Source: Bacillota bacterium
Lineage (GTDB): Bacteria > Bacillota > DTU014
Assembly: GCA_012719595.1 (NCBI GenBank)
Contig: JAAYAB010000212.1
Coordinates: 14,677 to 78,676, forward strand
Direction of reading: 5' to 3'
DNA length: 64,000 bases
In this document: in pieces, positions 28,138 to 38,168 of the stretch
How positions within the stretch are numbered: the stretch's first letter is position 1
Layout: every line of letters begins with the position of its first letter
Made by a program: the position numbers and the translations under genes
Notes under the pieces: generated by a model
The model's database searches: none
Seen by the model: the letters and a program-made list of their open reading frames with translations, nothing else
What the model was told of the DNA's origin: nothing

Positions 28138-29049
28138 TCAGAAATCGCGGGCGGCTGCGTACCCCAAGAGCTCTTCGAGGACTGTCCCGGCATATCCCTG
28201 TTCTTCGAGGATCCTTCGCCCAGTCGACAGCACCTGGCTCATCAGCAGCTCGGACTCGCGCATCCCCACAACCGACGGATAGGTCGCCTTTCCCTTGGCA
28301 GCGTCGGAGTGGGCCGGCTTCCCCGTCTTCTCAGCATCCCCGATGACATCGAGGATGTCGTCTCGAATCTGGAATATCAAGCCGATAGCCTCGCCGTAGC
28401 GGCTGAGCCTGGCCAACGTATGCTCGTCCGCACCGGACAGAATCGCCGAAGCTCTGATCGCCGCGCGGAACAAGGCTCCCGTCTTGCGCGAGTGAATCGA
28501 CTGAAGCAGTTCTTTGGTTATTGCAAGGTTGCCCGTATTGGCTATATCTAACGCCTGCCCTCCGACCATGCCGTCAGGTCCGGCACCCCTGGCGATCTCG
28601 CCTATGCACGAAAGCAGTCTCTCCGGGGTGACCGGGGGCTCTATCGCGATTCTCGCCAGCGTGTCGAATGCCAGCGTGAGAAGGCCGTCTCCAGCCAGCA
28701 CTGCCATGGCCTCGCCGAACATGCGGTGGCTCGTAGGCCGGCCTCTGCGGAAATCGTCATTGTCCATGCACGGAAGATCGTCGTGAATCAGCGAGTACGC
28801 GTGGACCATCTCGAGCGCGCACGCAGCGTCGAGGACGTGAGAATGTGAATCGACCAGGGTATCCGCGACAGCCATCATGAGAATCGCGCGAATCCGCTTC
28901 CCGCCGGCCAGCAGCGAGTACCGCATCGCTTCGTAGATGCGGCCGCTGTCCTCGTTTGCGCATCTCACCAGCGCATCAAGCCTCTGCTCTATCTCCGGCC
29001 GGCACGCCTGCATGTACTGCGCGAGCGGGACTCTACTCCTGGTCATCAA
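28138..29049 (-). CDS. ispA: Farnesyl/geranyl diphosphate synthase
   Basis: GGKRIRAIL, first DDxxD (LIHDDLPCMDNDDFRRG), second DDxxD (FQIRDDILDVIG). Confidence 0.9.
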   Translation of the reverse strand: MMTRSRVPLAQYMQACRPEIEQRLDALVRCANEDSGRIYEAMRYSLLAGGKRIRAILMMAVADTLVDSHSHVLDAACALEMVHAYSLIHDDLPCMDNDDFRRGRPTSHRMFGEAMAVLAGDGLLTLAFDTLARIAIEPPVTPERLLSCIGEIARGAGPDGMVGGQALDIANTGNLAITKELLQSIHSRKTGALFRAAIRASAILSGADEHTLARLSRYGEAIGLIFQIRDDILDVIGDAEKTGKPAHSDAAKGKATYPSVVGMRESELLMSQVLSTGRRILEEQGYAGTVLEELLGYAAARDF

Positions 29050-29284
29050 TTACTTCCCCGTCCTGTTCTTCGTCCTCGCGCTCGATGTCGCTCGTCAGCC
29101 TGCTGATCCGCAGCTCAGCTTCTGCCAGCTCAGCCTTGCAGCTCTTCCCTATGGCAACGGCCGCTTCGAACAACTCGAGGCTCTTCTCAAGACTCATCTG
29201 TCCCTCTTCTAGTTTCTCAACTATCTCCTCGAGTCTAGCCAGTTTTTCTTCAAACTTTGGACTAGTCCCCACTCTCCGAGTCAC
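29033..29284 (-). CDS. xseB: Exodeoxyribonuclease VII small subunit
   Basis: FEEKLARLEEIVEKLEEGQMSLEKSLELFEAAVAIGKSCKAELAEAE is canonical XseB. Confidence 0.9.
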   Translation of the reverse strand: MTRRVGTSPKFEEKLARLEEIVEKLEEGQMSLEKSLELFEAAVAIGKSCKAELAEAELRISRLTSDIEREDEEQDGEVIDDQE

Positions 29285-30515
29285 CTCCAGTCAGACTGAC
29301 CGTGGCATGTATGAGACCGTCCGAGACCCTTATCTCGATCTCGTCTCCCGGATGAACCTGACTCTTGCTTGTGACAAGGTTTCCGCTTTTCAGACTGGTC
29401 ACAATAGAGTAGCCGCGCTGCAGCGTCTTGAGCGGGCTCGATGAGTCGGCCCTGCTCATGAGCAGATCCAACCGAGCTCTCCGAGGCGCGAGGATCTGAC
29501 CGAAGGCCGTCTCGAGTCTGTGCAGCGCCTCCTCGAGCGCCTGCCTGCGGGTGTCGATGATCATCTCAGGCCGCCTGAAGACCCACGAGCCCAGGAGCCT
29601 GTCTACAGACAGACTGCAGAGATCGAGCGACTTCGCGAGTGATCTCCTTGCCCGGGACGAGAGACTAGCCACTCTCTCCAAAACGACTGCTCTGTCCGGA
29701 ACAGCCATTTCAGCTGCGGCTGACGGAGTCGGAGCCCGGAGGTCAGCCACCAAGTCACAGATGGTGAAGTCCCGCTCGTGCCCCACCGCACAGATCATTG
29801 GGAACGGCATCGCTGCCAGCTGTCTTGCGACCAGCTCGTCATTGAACGCCCAAAGATCGTCTGCAGCTCCGCCTCCGCGGGTCAGGATGCCGACGTCGAA
29901 CTCGCCGTCCTCTGCAGCAAGCTCGAGAGCCCTGGCAATCGAAGCGGGAGCCTCTGTTCCCTGAACCGCACAGGGAACGACAACGAGCTCGGCTGCAGGA
30001 TAGCGCCGTCCGATTACAGCTATCACGTCCTTGATAGCGGCTCCTTCAGGCGACGTGATGACCGCTATCCTTCGAGGAAACTCAGGGAGGCCTCTCTTCC
30101 GAGCGAGATCGAACAGGCCTTCCTCGGCCAGCTTTTTCTTGACCATCTCGAAGCTGCGGAACAACATGCCATCGCCGAGGTTCACCAGCCTTCGCGCGTA
30201 GAGCTGGTATACGCCGCCGCGTGTGTACACGCTCACGTCGCCCAGCGCAGCCACGCTCATGCCATCTTGGGGTTCGAACTCGACTGACGCGCAGTCGCTC
30301 TTGAACATGACGCACTTCAGCCGCGACTCGCTGTCTTTCAGACTGAAGTACAAGTGCCCGGATTGAGTGTGGCGGTGAAGGTCGGTGATCTCCCCGCGAA
30401 CCCAGATCGCCTGGAGTTCATCGTGGCTGTCGAGAACGCGCTTGATGTGCAGGCTCAACTCGCTGACAGCTACCGACACTGCGACGATGCGCGAGAGATC
30501 CGATGCGTCAATCAC
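29262..30515 (-). CDS. xseA: Exodeoxyribonuclease VII large subunit
   Basis: OB-fold N-terminus (IWVRGEITDLHRHTQSGHLYFSLKD); catalytic core ...GVGILTRGGGAADDLWAFNDE...ICAVGHERDFTICDLVADLRAPTPSAAAE. Confidence 0.9.
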   Translation of the reverse strand: MIDASDLSRIVAVSVAVSELSLHIKRVLDSHDELQAIWVRGEITDLHRHTQSGHLYFSLKDSESRLKCVMFKSDCASVEFEPQDGMSVAALGDVSVYTRGGVYQLYARRLVNLGDGMLFRSFEMVKKKLAEEGLFDLARKRGLPEFPRRIAVITSPEGAAIKDVIAVIGRRYPAAELVVVPCAVQGTEAPASIARALELAAEDGEFDVGILTRGGGAADDLWAFNDELVARQLAAMPFPMICAVGHERDFTICDLVADLRAPTPSAAAEMAVPDRAVVLERVASLSSRARRSLAKSLDLCSLSVDRLLGSWVFRRPEMIIDTRRQALEEALHRLETAFGQILAPRRARLDLLMSRADSSSPLKTLQRGYSIVTSLKSGNLVTSKSQVHPGDEIEIRVSDGLIHATVSLTGGDSESGD

Positions 30516-30951
30516 CGTGTTTCCCCCTAGACTCCCCGTGCTTCCCCGCTATGCCCGCAAGCACTCCGTTGACAAAGCGGGCCGATTCATCTGACGCGTA
30601 CTCCTTCGACAGCTCGACTGCTTCGTTGATCGTTGCAGCCACAGGGATGTCCGGCCTATGCACGATCTCATAGACGGCCAGTCTCAGGATCGCCTTCTCC
30701 ATCCTGCCCAGCCGGTCCGGACTCCACTTGTGCGTGTACTCCTTGATCTCCGCGTCTATGGCCTCCAGATTTTCGAGAACGCCTGTGACCAGTTCTCTCA
30801 GAAAGCCAGCCTGCTCGCTCCCTTCGTCGACGTCACCGTCGCACTCGAAGACAGACTTCATCGATTCGTCCACAGAGTTGTTGGAGATATCGATCTGGTA
30901 CAGGATCTTGACACACTTCTCCCTGGCAGCCCTTCTGCTCAAGCGATGCAT
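30508..30951 (-). CDS. nusB: Transcription antitermination factor NusB
   Basis: RRAAREKCVKILYQIDI...WSPDRLGRMEKAILRLAVYEI...INEAVELSKEY NusB fold; directly abuts xseA (no folD between). Confidence 0.9.
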   Translation of the reverse strand: MHRLSRRAAREKCVKILYQIDISNNSVDESMKSVFECDGDVDEGSEQAGFLRELVTGVLENLEAIDAEIKEYTHKWSPDRLGRMEKAILRLAVYEIVHRPDIPVAATINEAVELSKEYASDESARFVNGVLAGIAGKHGESRGKHGD

Positions 30952-31078
30952 TGGGCGTCACATACCCCTTCCTCTGCAGAGTTCGAGACTGATGAGGACA
31001 GCGCTCACGGCAAAGGCAGGCCGCCGCGGAACAAGGCAGCGGCAGGCCCGCACGGCGGGAAATCGGAGGAACGGCGAG

Positions 31079-31318
31079 CTAGCGTCTTCGACGCACAGGC
31101 CTACGCGACAGGAGCAAAGCAATCAGATCTTCTCTTTCCAGGAGCCGGCCGATTCCGTACCCGGCACCGACGCAGAACGCAAAGAGCAGCCCTTTGCCCA
31201 CGCCGTAATACACGGCTATCAAGCCGACTGCAACACCTGTCAACGTGCAGAACAGCCTTCTGCCGTTCTCAAAAATGAGCCTCAAGACAAGCTTCGAATC
31301 GTCATTCACCCGGCACAC
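31079..31318 (-). CDS. Small membrane protein, DUF2273 family
   Basis: 79 aa, two TM helices; sits in the asp23-amaP-DUF2273 alkaline-shock locus as in other Firmicutes. Confidence 0.6.
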   Translation of the reverse strand: MCRVNDDSKLVLRLIFENGRRLFCTLTGVAVGLIAVYYGVGKGLLFAFCVGAGYGIGRLLEREDLIALLLSRRPVRRRR

Positions 31319-31363
31319 CTCGCTCCAACCTGCGGCCGGCCAAGAGCAGACCGCCGATACTGG

Positions 31364-31903
31364 CTAGCCTAGCCTGGGTCTGGCCACTCCCGAGGTATCC
31401 TTGACGTTCACCTGCACGTGCTTCACAGGCACCCCTACCAGGTCTCGAAGCTGTTCTCTCAGGGCGACTTGGATCTGCTGACTCACCTCAGGTATGTTTT
31501 CGTCTGTCGACACAGCGACGTCGATCGACACAGACAACCCGTCTGCATCCCCATCGACCCTGGTGCTGCTCTCCCGAACGCCCTTCACTTCCCTGGCTGC
31601 TCGTCTGACAGCGTTCTCTATCGCCTTCATGGAGATGTTTATCCGTCCCATCTCTGTGTCAGTTGCTATCACACGCTCCTCGGGCTCTGAGGCGAAGAGC
31701 GAGCGAAGGAGCATGACAAACACGATCACCGCAGCCAAAGCAATCAGTATGGATTGGAACAGATACTTCGCGCTGATCTCGTCGATAGTGACAGAGATCG
31801 CGCTCCTGACTCCTTCGTCGATCAACGACGAAACGATCAGGACGGCGACCGCAGCGTAGATCAGGGCCGCTACGAAGATCGCCACTCGCTCATGAAACTT
31901 CAT
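31364..31903 (-). CDS. Alkaline shock response membrane anchor protein (AmaP-like)
   Basis: N-terminal TM helices plus extended hydrophilic region; adjacent to the Asp23 gene as in the amaP-asp23 operon. Confidence 0.6.
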   Translation of the reverse strand: MKFHERVAIFVAALIYAAVAVLIVSSLIDEGVRSAISVTIDEISAKYLFQSILIALAAVIVFVMLLRSLFASEPEERVIATDTEMGRINISMKAIENAVRRAAREVKGVRESSTRVDGDADGLSVSIDVAVSTDENIPEVSQQIQVALREQLRDLVGVPVKHVQVNVKDTSGVARPRLG

Positions 31904-31966
31904 GGTTCATGCCTCCCGCGATAGCCACCGACGACGGCTTGTCCCGCGATGTCCCACAGACCTGAG

Positions 31967-32335
31967 CTATCTCACCCGCGCCGGCTCCTCCGGCTTCTCC
32001 TCGACATGGAAATGAACGCCCTGTATGTGGACGTTGACCTCGACTACGTTCAGTCCAGTCATGCTCGAAATGGCCCTGGAGACATTCCGCTGCACGTTCA
32101 AAGCGACCTCGGGAATCGACACTCCGTAGTTGACGACGAGGAACAAGTCCACGGCCGCTTCTCTGTCTCCTACCTCGACCTTTACGCCTTTTGACAGGTT
32201 GCGCTTTCCGAGAAGCTCGGCAATTCCTCCGGCGAGGCCGCCGCTCATTCCGGCAACTCCTTCAACCTCCGTCGCAGCCAGCCCTGCTATGATGGCAACA
32301 ACCTCGTCGGCAATCCTCACGTTGCCGATATCCAT
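31967..32335 (-). CDS. Asp23/Gls24-family alkaline shock protein (YqhY-like)
   Basis: IADEVVAIIAGLAATEVEGVAGM...GVKVEVGDREAAVDLFLVVNYGVSIPEVALNVQRNVSRAISSMTGL. Start taken at MDIGNVRI. Confidence 0.8.
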   Translation of the reverse strand: MDIGNVRIADEVVAIIAGLAATEVEGVAGMSGGLAGGIAELLGKRNLSKGVKVEVGDREAAVDLFLVVNYGVSIPEVALNVQRNVSRAISSMTGLNVVEVNVHIQGVHFHVEEKPEEPARVR

Positions 32336-32463
32336 CCTCCCAGAATCCTCCAAGGATCGCACCTCCAGTTGGTTCTAGTGCTACACGCTACTATACGTGA
32401 TACTGTCACAGATCATTCGCTCGGCCGCGAGCCGCTCGATTGCGGGTCTGCGGAAAGCCATCT

Positions 32464-33834
32464 CTACTGGCCGAAGTCTGATCCCAGGATTGCAACTGGA
32501 TCATGATTCGTGTATATCTTGGCCTCGCGAAATGCGTCGCTGCGGATCAGCGCCGAGTGGAATGGAATCGTCGTACTGATTCCATCCACCTCGAATTCGT
32601 CAAGGGCCCTGGCCATCCGGCCGATCGCCTTGTCCCGGTCGTCCGCCCATACTATGAGCTTGCCGAACATCGAGTCGTAGTACGGCGGAATGGTGTATCC
32701 GGCGTATGCACAGCTGTCGACTCTCACACCCGGGCCGCCAGGGACGTGATAGCGGTCTATTGTGCCCGGTGAAGATCTGAAGCCCTTGGCCGGGTCCTCT
32801 GCGTTGAGCCTGCATTCTATCGCATGGCCCCTGAACGCTATGTCGGACTGCTTTCTGCCGAGCGGCTCGCCTGCGGCAATCCTGATTTGTTCCCTGATCA
32901 GATCTATGCCTGTCACCATCTCCGTGACCGGGTGTTCGACCTGGATTCGGGCGTTCACCTCAATGAAGTAGAAGCGGCCCGACCTGTCCACCAGGAACTC
33001 CACAGTGCCTGCTCCGACGTACCCTGCCGCCTTCGCGACCTTTACCGCAGCGTCAGCCATGGCTTTCCTGGCGCGGGGCGTGATCACAGGAGACGGAGAC
33101 TCCTCGACAACCTTCTGGCCCCTCCGCTGCACGGAGCAATCCCGCTCGCCGAGATGGATGATGGAACCGTGTGAGTCGGCCAGTATCTGGATCTCGACGT
33201 GCCTCGGGTTTTCTATGAACTTCTCTATGTACAGCTCCCTGCTGCCGAAAGACACCTCGGCCTCAGAAGCTGCCGTCGTGAAGCACCGCCTGAGTTCCCT
33301 CTCATCCTTGACGACTCGAATCCCCTTGCCGCCGCCGCCTGCCGACGCCTTCACCATGACCGGATAGCCCACTGCATTCGCGACCGACAAGGCTTCCTCG
33401 ACGCTCACAACCGGACCAGGGCTGCCCGCCGCAATGGGTACGCCCGCCCTGTCTGCGATGCGGCGAGCGACCGCCTTGTCGCCAACCCTGTCCATGGCAC
33501 TGGGCGGCGGTCCTATGAACTTGATGCCGTGCTCCTCGCAGATCTCTGCAAAGTGGGCCTTCTCGGAAAGATTGCCGTAGCCGGGGTGAATGGCATCAGC
33601 GCCGCATATCAGGGCCGCACTTATGATGTTCGGGATGTTCAGGTAGCTTCTCGAGTTCTCAGGAGGGCCGATGCAATAGGCCTCGTCCGCCATGAGGACG
33701 TGCAAAGACTCGCGGTCGGCTTCGGAGTACACCGCCACTGGGGATATGCCCATTTCCCTGCACGCACGAATAACACGCACGGCGATCTCGCCGCGATTGG
33801 CGATCAAGATCTTGTTGAACACTTGAAGGTCCAC
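32464..33834 (-). CDS. accC: Acetyl-CoA carboxylase biotin carboxylase subunit
   Basis: KILIANRGEIAVRVIRACREMGI; ATP-grasp MVKASAGGGGKGIRVV; EMNARIQVEHPVTE. Confidence 0.95.
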   Translation of the reverse strand: MDLQVFNKILIANRGEIAVRVIRACREMGISPVAVYSEADRESLHVLMADEAYCIGPPENSRSYLNIPNIISAALICGADAIHPGYGNLSEKAHFAEICEEHGIKFIGPPPSAMDRVGDKAVARRIADRAGVPIAAGSPGPVVSVEEALSVANAVGYPVMVKASAGGGGKGIRVVKDERELRRCFTTAASEAEVSFGSRELYIEKFIENPRHVEIQILADSHGSIIHLGERDCSVQRRGQKVVEESPSPVITPRARKAMADAAVKVAKAAGYVGAGTVEFLVDRSGRFYFIEVNARIQVEHPVTEMVTGIDLIREQIRIAAGEPLGRKQSDIAFRGHAIECRLNAEDPAKGFRSSPGTIDRYHVPGGPGVRVDSCAYAGYTIPPYYDSMFGKLIVWADDRDKAIGRMARALDEFEVDGISTTIPFHSALIRSDAFREAKIYTNHDPVAILGSDFGQ

Positions 33835-33860
33835 CTCCGATCGAATGCAGCCCTGAGGCC

Positions 33861-34334
33861 CTACACCTCTTTGAGAATGAACAAGGGCTGACCGTACTCG
33901 ACCGGATCTTCGTTTTCAACGAGTATCTTCACGATCTTGCCGCGGCGCTCCGCTTCGATCTCGTTCATGAGCTTCATTGCCTCGACGATGCAGACCGTCT
34001 GGCCCGGCTCTACTACGTCTCCGACTTCCACAAAGGGCTCTGCACCAGGAGCGGGCGCTCTGTAGAACGTGCCAACCATCGGAGCAGTAATCACAAACTC
34101 GCCGGCCGCGAGCGATTCATCTTGGCCTGCCGATGCTGCCGGGCTCGGCTCCGGCTCAGGGTAAACCTCAACTTGTGGACGGACTGGCTCAACTGCACTT
34201 GGCGGTTCCGGCGCCGCAGATGACACGCTCTTTCTCAACACCAGTCGATCGCCGTCACTGCATTCGTACTCAAACTCAGCCAAACCGCTCTTGTCAACGA
34301 GGTTTATCAGCTCTCTGATCTCACTGAGCTTCAT
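33861..34334 (-). CDS. accB: Acetyl-CoA carboxylase biotin carboxyl carrier protein
   Basis: C-terminal biotinyl domain [15 protein letters not shown] (AMKM motif); Pro/Ala-rich linker. Confidence 0.9.
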   Translation of the reverse strand: MKLSEIRELINLVDKSGLAEFEYECSDGDRLVLRKSVSSAAPEPPSAVEPVRPQVEVYPEPEPSPAASAGQDESLAAGEFVITAPMVGTFYRAPAPGAEPFVEVGDVVEPGQTVCIVEAMKLMNEIEAERRGKIVKILVENEDPVEYGQPLFILKEV

Positions 34335-34439
34335 AGGTACCCCGATGCACTGTGCGGTAGCGCAGCGGGGGACTCACCTTCCTCTCAGCGGCTCCCTGCC
34401 AGCCCTGCTGGTAGGGCTTTGCATGTCCAACAATCCTAT

Positions 34440-35120
34440 TCACCAAACAGCAGGATTATCCTTCTTGGGAGCCTGGGAGGCCTCTCGGATGAGGATCTCA
34501 TGCAGCTTCGCACCTGTGGTGCGAGATAGGATGCCGCCGATCACCGCAACGTCGCTCCTGTCCAGCCTATCCGAAGAGACGACTGCCTCGACGCCGAGGT
34601 CAGTCACGAAGACAACTGCGTCCTCAAACCCACTGGCCCGGATCAGGCTTTCTGCCGAGCTCTCAGCCTCCATCCGCGAAACCAAGCCCAGAAGGAGGCG
34701 CTGTGTTTCTTCTGCCGGCTCACCGCGGGCCCCCGCCTCTTCAAGAGCCTCGCGCAGGAGATCGATTTCCCTGCTGCGAGCGTAATCTCGAGACAAGCGC
34801 GCAGCAGCCAGACTTGACCCCTCGTAGTCATATTCTACCCTTGCCGAGACCAGCACTTGCTCGATTTCTGGATCAATGTGAACGAGGTACGAATCGGCAT
34901 CTGCTACTGGTTTCTCTCCCAACGCAGGTGCGGTCACGGTCGCTTCGCTCTGAGTGAGCGCACTGCTGGTCGTCACTACAACCTGTCCGCCGAAGTCGTA
35001 GTCGCCCATCGACGAACCTCGGCGCCAGATTGCGGCAATCGAGAGCCCGCCGGCCAAGCACACAATCGCCACTACGAGGTATACGTATCTCCTAGGGATG
35101 AGCAAGATCCTAATAGACAT
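34440..35120 (-). CDS. spoIIIAH: Stage III sporulation protein AH
   Basis: Last gene of the spoIIIA block; N-terminal TM helix plus YscJ/FliF-like domain; position immediately upstream of accB as in B. subtilis. Confidence 0.75.
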   Translation of the reverse strand: MSIRILLIPRRYVYLVVAIVCLAGGLSIAAIWRRGSSMGDYDFGGQVVVTTSSALTQSEATVTAPALGEKPVADADSYLVHIDPEIEQVLVSARVEYDYEGSSLAAARLSRDYARSREIDLLREALEEAGARGEPAEETQRLLLGLVSRMEAESSAESLIRASGFEDAVVFVTDLGVEAVVSSDRLDRSDVAVIGGILSRTTGAKLHEILIREASQAPKKDNPAVW

Positions 35121-35126
35121 GCTGAC

Positions 35127-35756
35127 TCAAACCTCCCTTTCAACTACTGCCACCCGATGAAGCGCAATGCCGAGGACAGCCGACACGGCCTGCGCAATCT
35201 CGAGCTTCATCTCGGGGCTCCGCGCGCCGTCTGCAACGACGAGCACTCCTCTCACCTTTGGAGGTTCCGATCCGACAACAACGATTTCTTCTCCGCCTCC
35301 GGGTGCCCGGGTGATCACTGGTTCTTCGGTCATCTTCGCGCGAGTGGTGACGCGAGTGCCCCCGCTCGAGTCCTTTTCCTCAACCTGTTCCTTGTCCTCG
35401 CTCTTGCTCGTGGCGTAGACCGTTCGAGCGTCCGCGTCGAGCGTCACTATGACTGACACTGCACCTACTCCCCTCATGCGACTCAGTGCGGCCTCCAGGT
35501 CGCGCTCCAGGACGGCTGCATAGTCGCCAGCAGTGTCGACGCCATGTGAGGAGAGCAGCGACGTGGGCTGCTCCACGGAACGCGGCTCACCGCCGTCCCT
35601 GGTGCCAAACAGCCCTGGTCCCAGGACGATCAGGGCAACTCCAAGGGTCGCGAGAAGAACCAGCGGTACAACGCCAATGCCAGGCTTGCCCCCAGTCTCG
35701 TCGGAATCCTGACCAGGGCTTGTTCTACGAATGAGCCTTGAGAACCAATCAGTCAC
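35127..35756 (-). CDS. spoIIIAG: Stage III sporulation protein AG
   Basis: Single N-terminal TM helix then ring-forming domain (AVSVIVTLDADARTVYATSKSEDKEQVEE...VRGVLVVADGA); operon position. Confidence 0.75.
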   Translation of the reverse strand: MTDWFSRLIRRTSPGQDSDETGGKPGIGVVPLVLLATLGVALIVLGPGLFGTRDGGEPRSVEQPTSLLSSHGVDTAGDYAAVLERDLEAALSRMRGVGAVSVIVTLDADARTVYATSKSEDKEQVEEKDSSGGTRVTTRAKMTEEPVITRAPGGGEEIVVVGSEPPKVRGVLVVADGARSPEMKLEIAQAVSAVLGIALHRVAVVEREV

Positions 35757-36186
35757 GCGAACCGCCTACCTTCACTTGTGCAATCGTCTCGACCGTTATC
35801 GCGCCGACTCGTGATAGCCCGCCAGAACTGGCTGACACAGTCGAGGCTGAGGGGGCCGCACCTTCTTCGCCAGCGAGTCCAGACAACTGGGAGTGAACGG
35901 CTGCGAGAGTCCCGTGAACCAGGGCCTCTCCGGCTAGTAAGTAGTCGTCGCCCGCGGCCAAGCCGGCTGCATCCGTGACGCCAAACTCGAGGTCGAACGA
36001 GAAGTCTTCAGCAGCCAGGCCGAGCACGATGTCGAACAACAGCGCAATGACGCAGAGCCCGATCACGACTCTGGCGAGGCCGGATGTCGCTGTGCGCGGC
36101 ATCAGCAACTCGATAAACGCCACCACAACCAGCGCGACGGACAACACGTAGACCCAGGACCCAACGGTCGCTATCATCACAAACAC
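35749..36186 (-). CDS. spoIIIAF: Stage III sporulation protein AF
   Basis: Two N-terminal TM helices, ~145 aa; operon position between AE and AG. Confidence 0.7.
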   Translation of the reverse strand: MFVMIATVGSWVYVLSVALVVVAFIELLMPRTATSGLARVVIGLCVIALLFDIVLGLAAEDFSFDLEFGVTDAAGLAAGDDYLLAGEALVHGTLAAVHSQLSGLAGEEGAAPSASTVSASSGGLSRVGAITVETIAQVKVGGSRD

Positions 36187-37470
36187 CTACCGCAGCATCT
36201 GTGGAAGGGTTCCGACGCCGAGTATCACAGCGATGGATACGATGAACATGATGCCCGTGGCCGCCGTGCAGTACGCCAGATACGACAAGTTGTCTGCGAA
36301 GTCGCCCAGGCAATCGGCTGCTGCCGAATCGCCGAGCGGCTCGACGAGGCTTGCCACCAGCCGGTACAGCGCGACGATCGCCACTATCTTAAGGATCGGG
36401 TACAGGCAGACCACTGCAACAGTTAGGACCCCTGCGATGCCGACGGTGTTCTTGATGAGGAGAGACGCACCCGCTACGACCTCCATCGCATCGGCAATCG
36501 CACTCCCGACCACTGGAATAAGCGTTCCAGCTGCGAGCTTGGCAGTCTTCATCGTAACGGCGTCGCCGAACGAACCTACCAGACCCCTGATCGTCATCGC
36601 TGCCACGAAAACTGCGAACACGAGGGCCATCACCGTCGTTGCTGCGCGCCGCAACAACTTGGCAAGCTGCAGCGCTCTGGGCGTGCCGGACGCCCGCGTG
36701 ACTACGCTGACGACCGCTGAGAACAGAACGAGCGGCACGACCACACCTCCGACCAGTGTCGAAGACCCAGTCACAGCCATGAGAACCGCAGGACTGAGCG
36801 CGGCCGCTGATGCGGCCCCACCCATCGCGACCATCAGGCTGAACAGCGTTGGCGTAAGCGACTGCACGAACCCGACCATAGTGTCGACGGTTCCGCGAGC
36901 GATCTCTGCGGCCGTTCTGAAACTCGACAGCCCGATCAACAGAATCACAAGGTAGAGAACTGCCGACACTACTCGCGCGACGGTGTCTTCCGACAGTGAG
37001 TCGCTCAGGTTTCTCGATACGGCGGCAATGACAGCCACGAGCAGCAGTTGCCCTAGCAGCGCCGCGTTCTGAAGCACCTCCCGAATGAAGTAGCTTAAGA
37101 CTCCTCTGACGAACTTCACCGGATTCAGCGGCGCGTGCTCGCGTGCGACCAGCCACTGGTATAGATTTAGATCTACTCCTGCTGCACCGTATTGCTCAAC
37201 CAGGCCGTTCATCTCGTGCTGAAGCCGGTCAAGTTCGAGCTGGTCAGCTTGATATTCGATTGCGCTCTCGAGTGCCGCTGCAGGAGCGTCGGCGCTCCGA
37301 CCAGCTGGCGCACCGGCGCCTTGACCGGTTGGCGCGTTCAGACCCTGACCTGCAGGCGCCGCGAGCGAGTTCAACGACACTGCAATTACGCTGGCCACAA
37401 CGACCGACACTACCCACGCACTGAGGTTCAAGCGACCGGCAGCGCACACCAAGCACACACGTCCCCCCGG
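36187..37470 (-). CDS. spoIIIAE: Stage III sporulation protein AE (polytopic membrane protein)
   Basis: Multiple TM helices with G/A-rich loops typical of SpoIIIAE. Start uncertain: the track ORF overlaps spoIIIAD, so the true start is probably just after the spoIIIAD stop. Confidence 0.75.
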   Translation of the reverse strand, partial: PGGRVCLVCAAGRLNLSAWVVSVVVASVIAVSLNSLAAPAGQGLNAPTGQGAGAPAGRSADAPAAALESAIEYQADQLELDRLQHEMNGLVEQYGAAGVDLNLYQWLVAREHAPLNPVKFVRGVLSYFIREVLQNAALLGQLLLVAVIAAVSRNLSDSLSEDTVARVVSAVLYLVILLIGLSSFRTAAEIARGTVDTMVGFVQSLTPTLFSLMVAMGGAASAAALSPAVLMAVTGSSTLVGGVVVPLVLFSAVVSVVTRASGTPRALQLAKLLRRAATTVMALVFAVFVAAMTIRGLVGSFGDAVTMKTAKLAAGTLIPVVGSAIADAMEVVAGASLLIKNTVGIAGVLTVAVVCLYPILKIVAIVALYRLVASLVEPLGDSAAADCLGDFADNLSYLAYCTAATGIMFIVSIAVILGVGTLPQMLR

Positions 37471-37475
37471 AGAGA

Positions 37476-37871
37476 CTACGGGCTCATCCGCGCCAGCTGC
37501 TCGAGTGCTGACACGATCGCTCTGAACACCGGCAGGGCGATCAAAAGGATCATGACCTTTCCGGCCAGCTCGACCTTGGAAGCAAGCGCTGACTCGCCCG
37601 CATCTCTGCACATCTGTGCAGAGAACCCTGCGATATACGATATCCCGACGACCTTGAGAATCGCCTTAATGTATTCGGGCTGGATGCGCGCTCTGGCCGC
37701 GAGATCCTGGAGCGATGTCACCGCCTGTGCAAGGGAATCCACGATCCACAGAAGCAGCACCACTCCGAGCGTCATGCTCAACAGCGTTGCCATCTCGGGG
37801 GAAGCCTGCCGCACCAGCCCTATTACCAGCAACCCCACAATAGCCAGGCCCGCGATGGACAGGATGTTCAT
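37476..37871 (-). CDS. spoIIIAD: Stage III sporulation protein AD
   Basis: 131 aa, four TM helices (MNILSIAGLAIVGLLVIGL...), SpoIIIAD family. Confidence 0.8.
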   Translation of the reverse strand: MNILSIAGLAIVGLLVIGLVRQASPEMATLLSMTLGVVLLLWIVDSLAQAVTSLQDLAARARIQPEYIKAILKVVGISYIAGFSAQMCRDAGESALASKVELAGKVMILLIALPVFRAIVSALEQLARMSP

Positions 37872-37880
37872 CAGAACACC

Positions 37881-38102
37881 TCACCAAAGGTAGAAAGTGG
37901 TTCGCACTCGGTCGATGAGCTCCGCCACCCGCTGGACAACCAGCAAAAACACAGCGATGCTTCCCGCGACCACGACCCACAAGCCGTAGTCTTCCTTCCC
38001 GGCCTGTTTCAGAATGGTCTGGACGACCGCAACCAGCATGCCGATGCCTGCAATTGTGAAGATCAAGTCCAAGAGAGCCATCTCCCCTGCCGCTGCAGCC
38101 AC
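37881..38102 (-). CDS. spoIIIAC: Stage III sporulation protein AC
   Basis: ~70 aa two-TM protein (ALLDLIFTIAGIGMLVAVVQTILKQAGKEDYGLWVVVAGSIAV), SpoIIIAC family. Confidence 0.8.
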   Translation of the reverse strand: MAAAAGEMALLDLIFTIAGIGMLVAVVQTILKQAGKEDYGLWVVVAGSIAVFLLVVQRVAELIDRVRTTFYLW

Positions 38103-38168
38103 GCAGCCCTGAACCAGGAACTCGAGCGGCGCCGGCTGCGTCAGTACCCCGTCGAGGCTTGTGTCACA

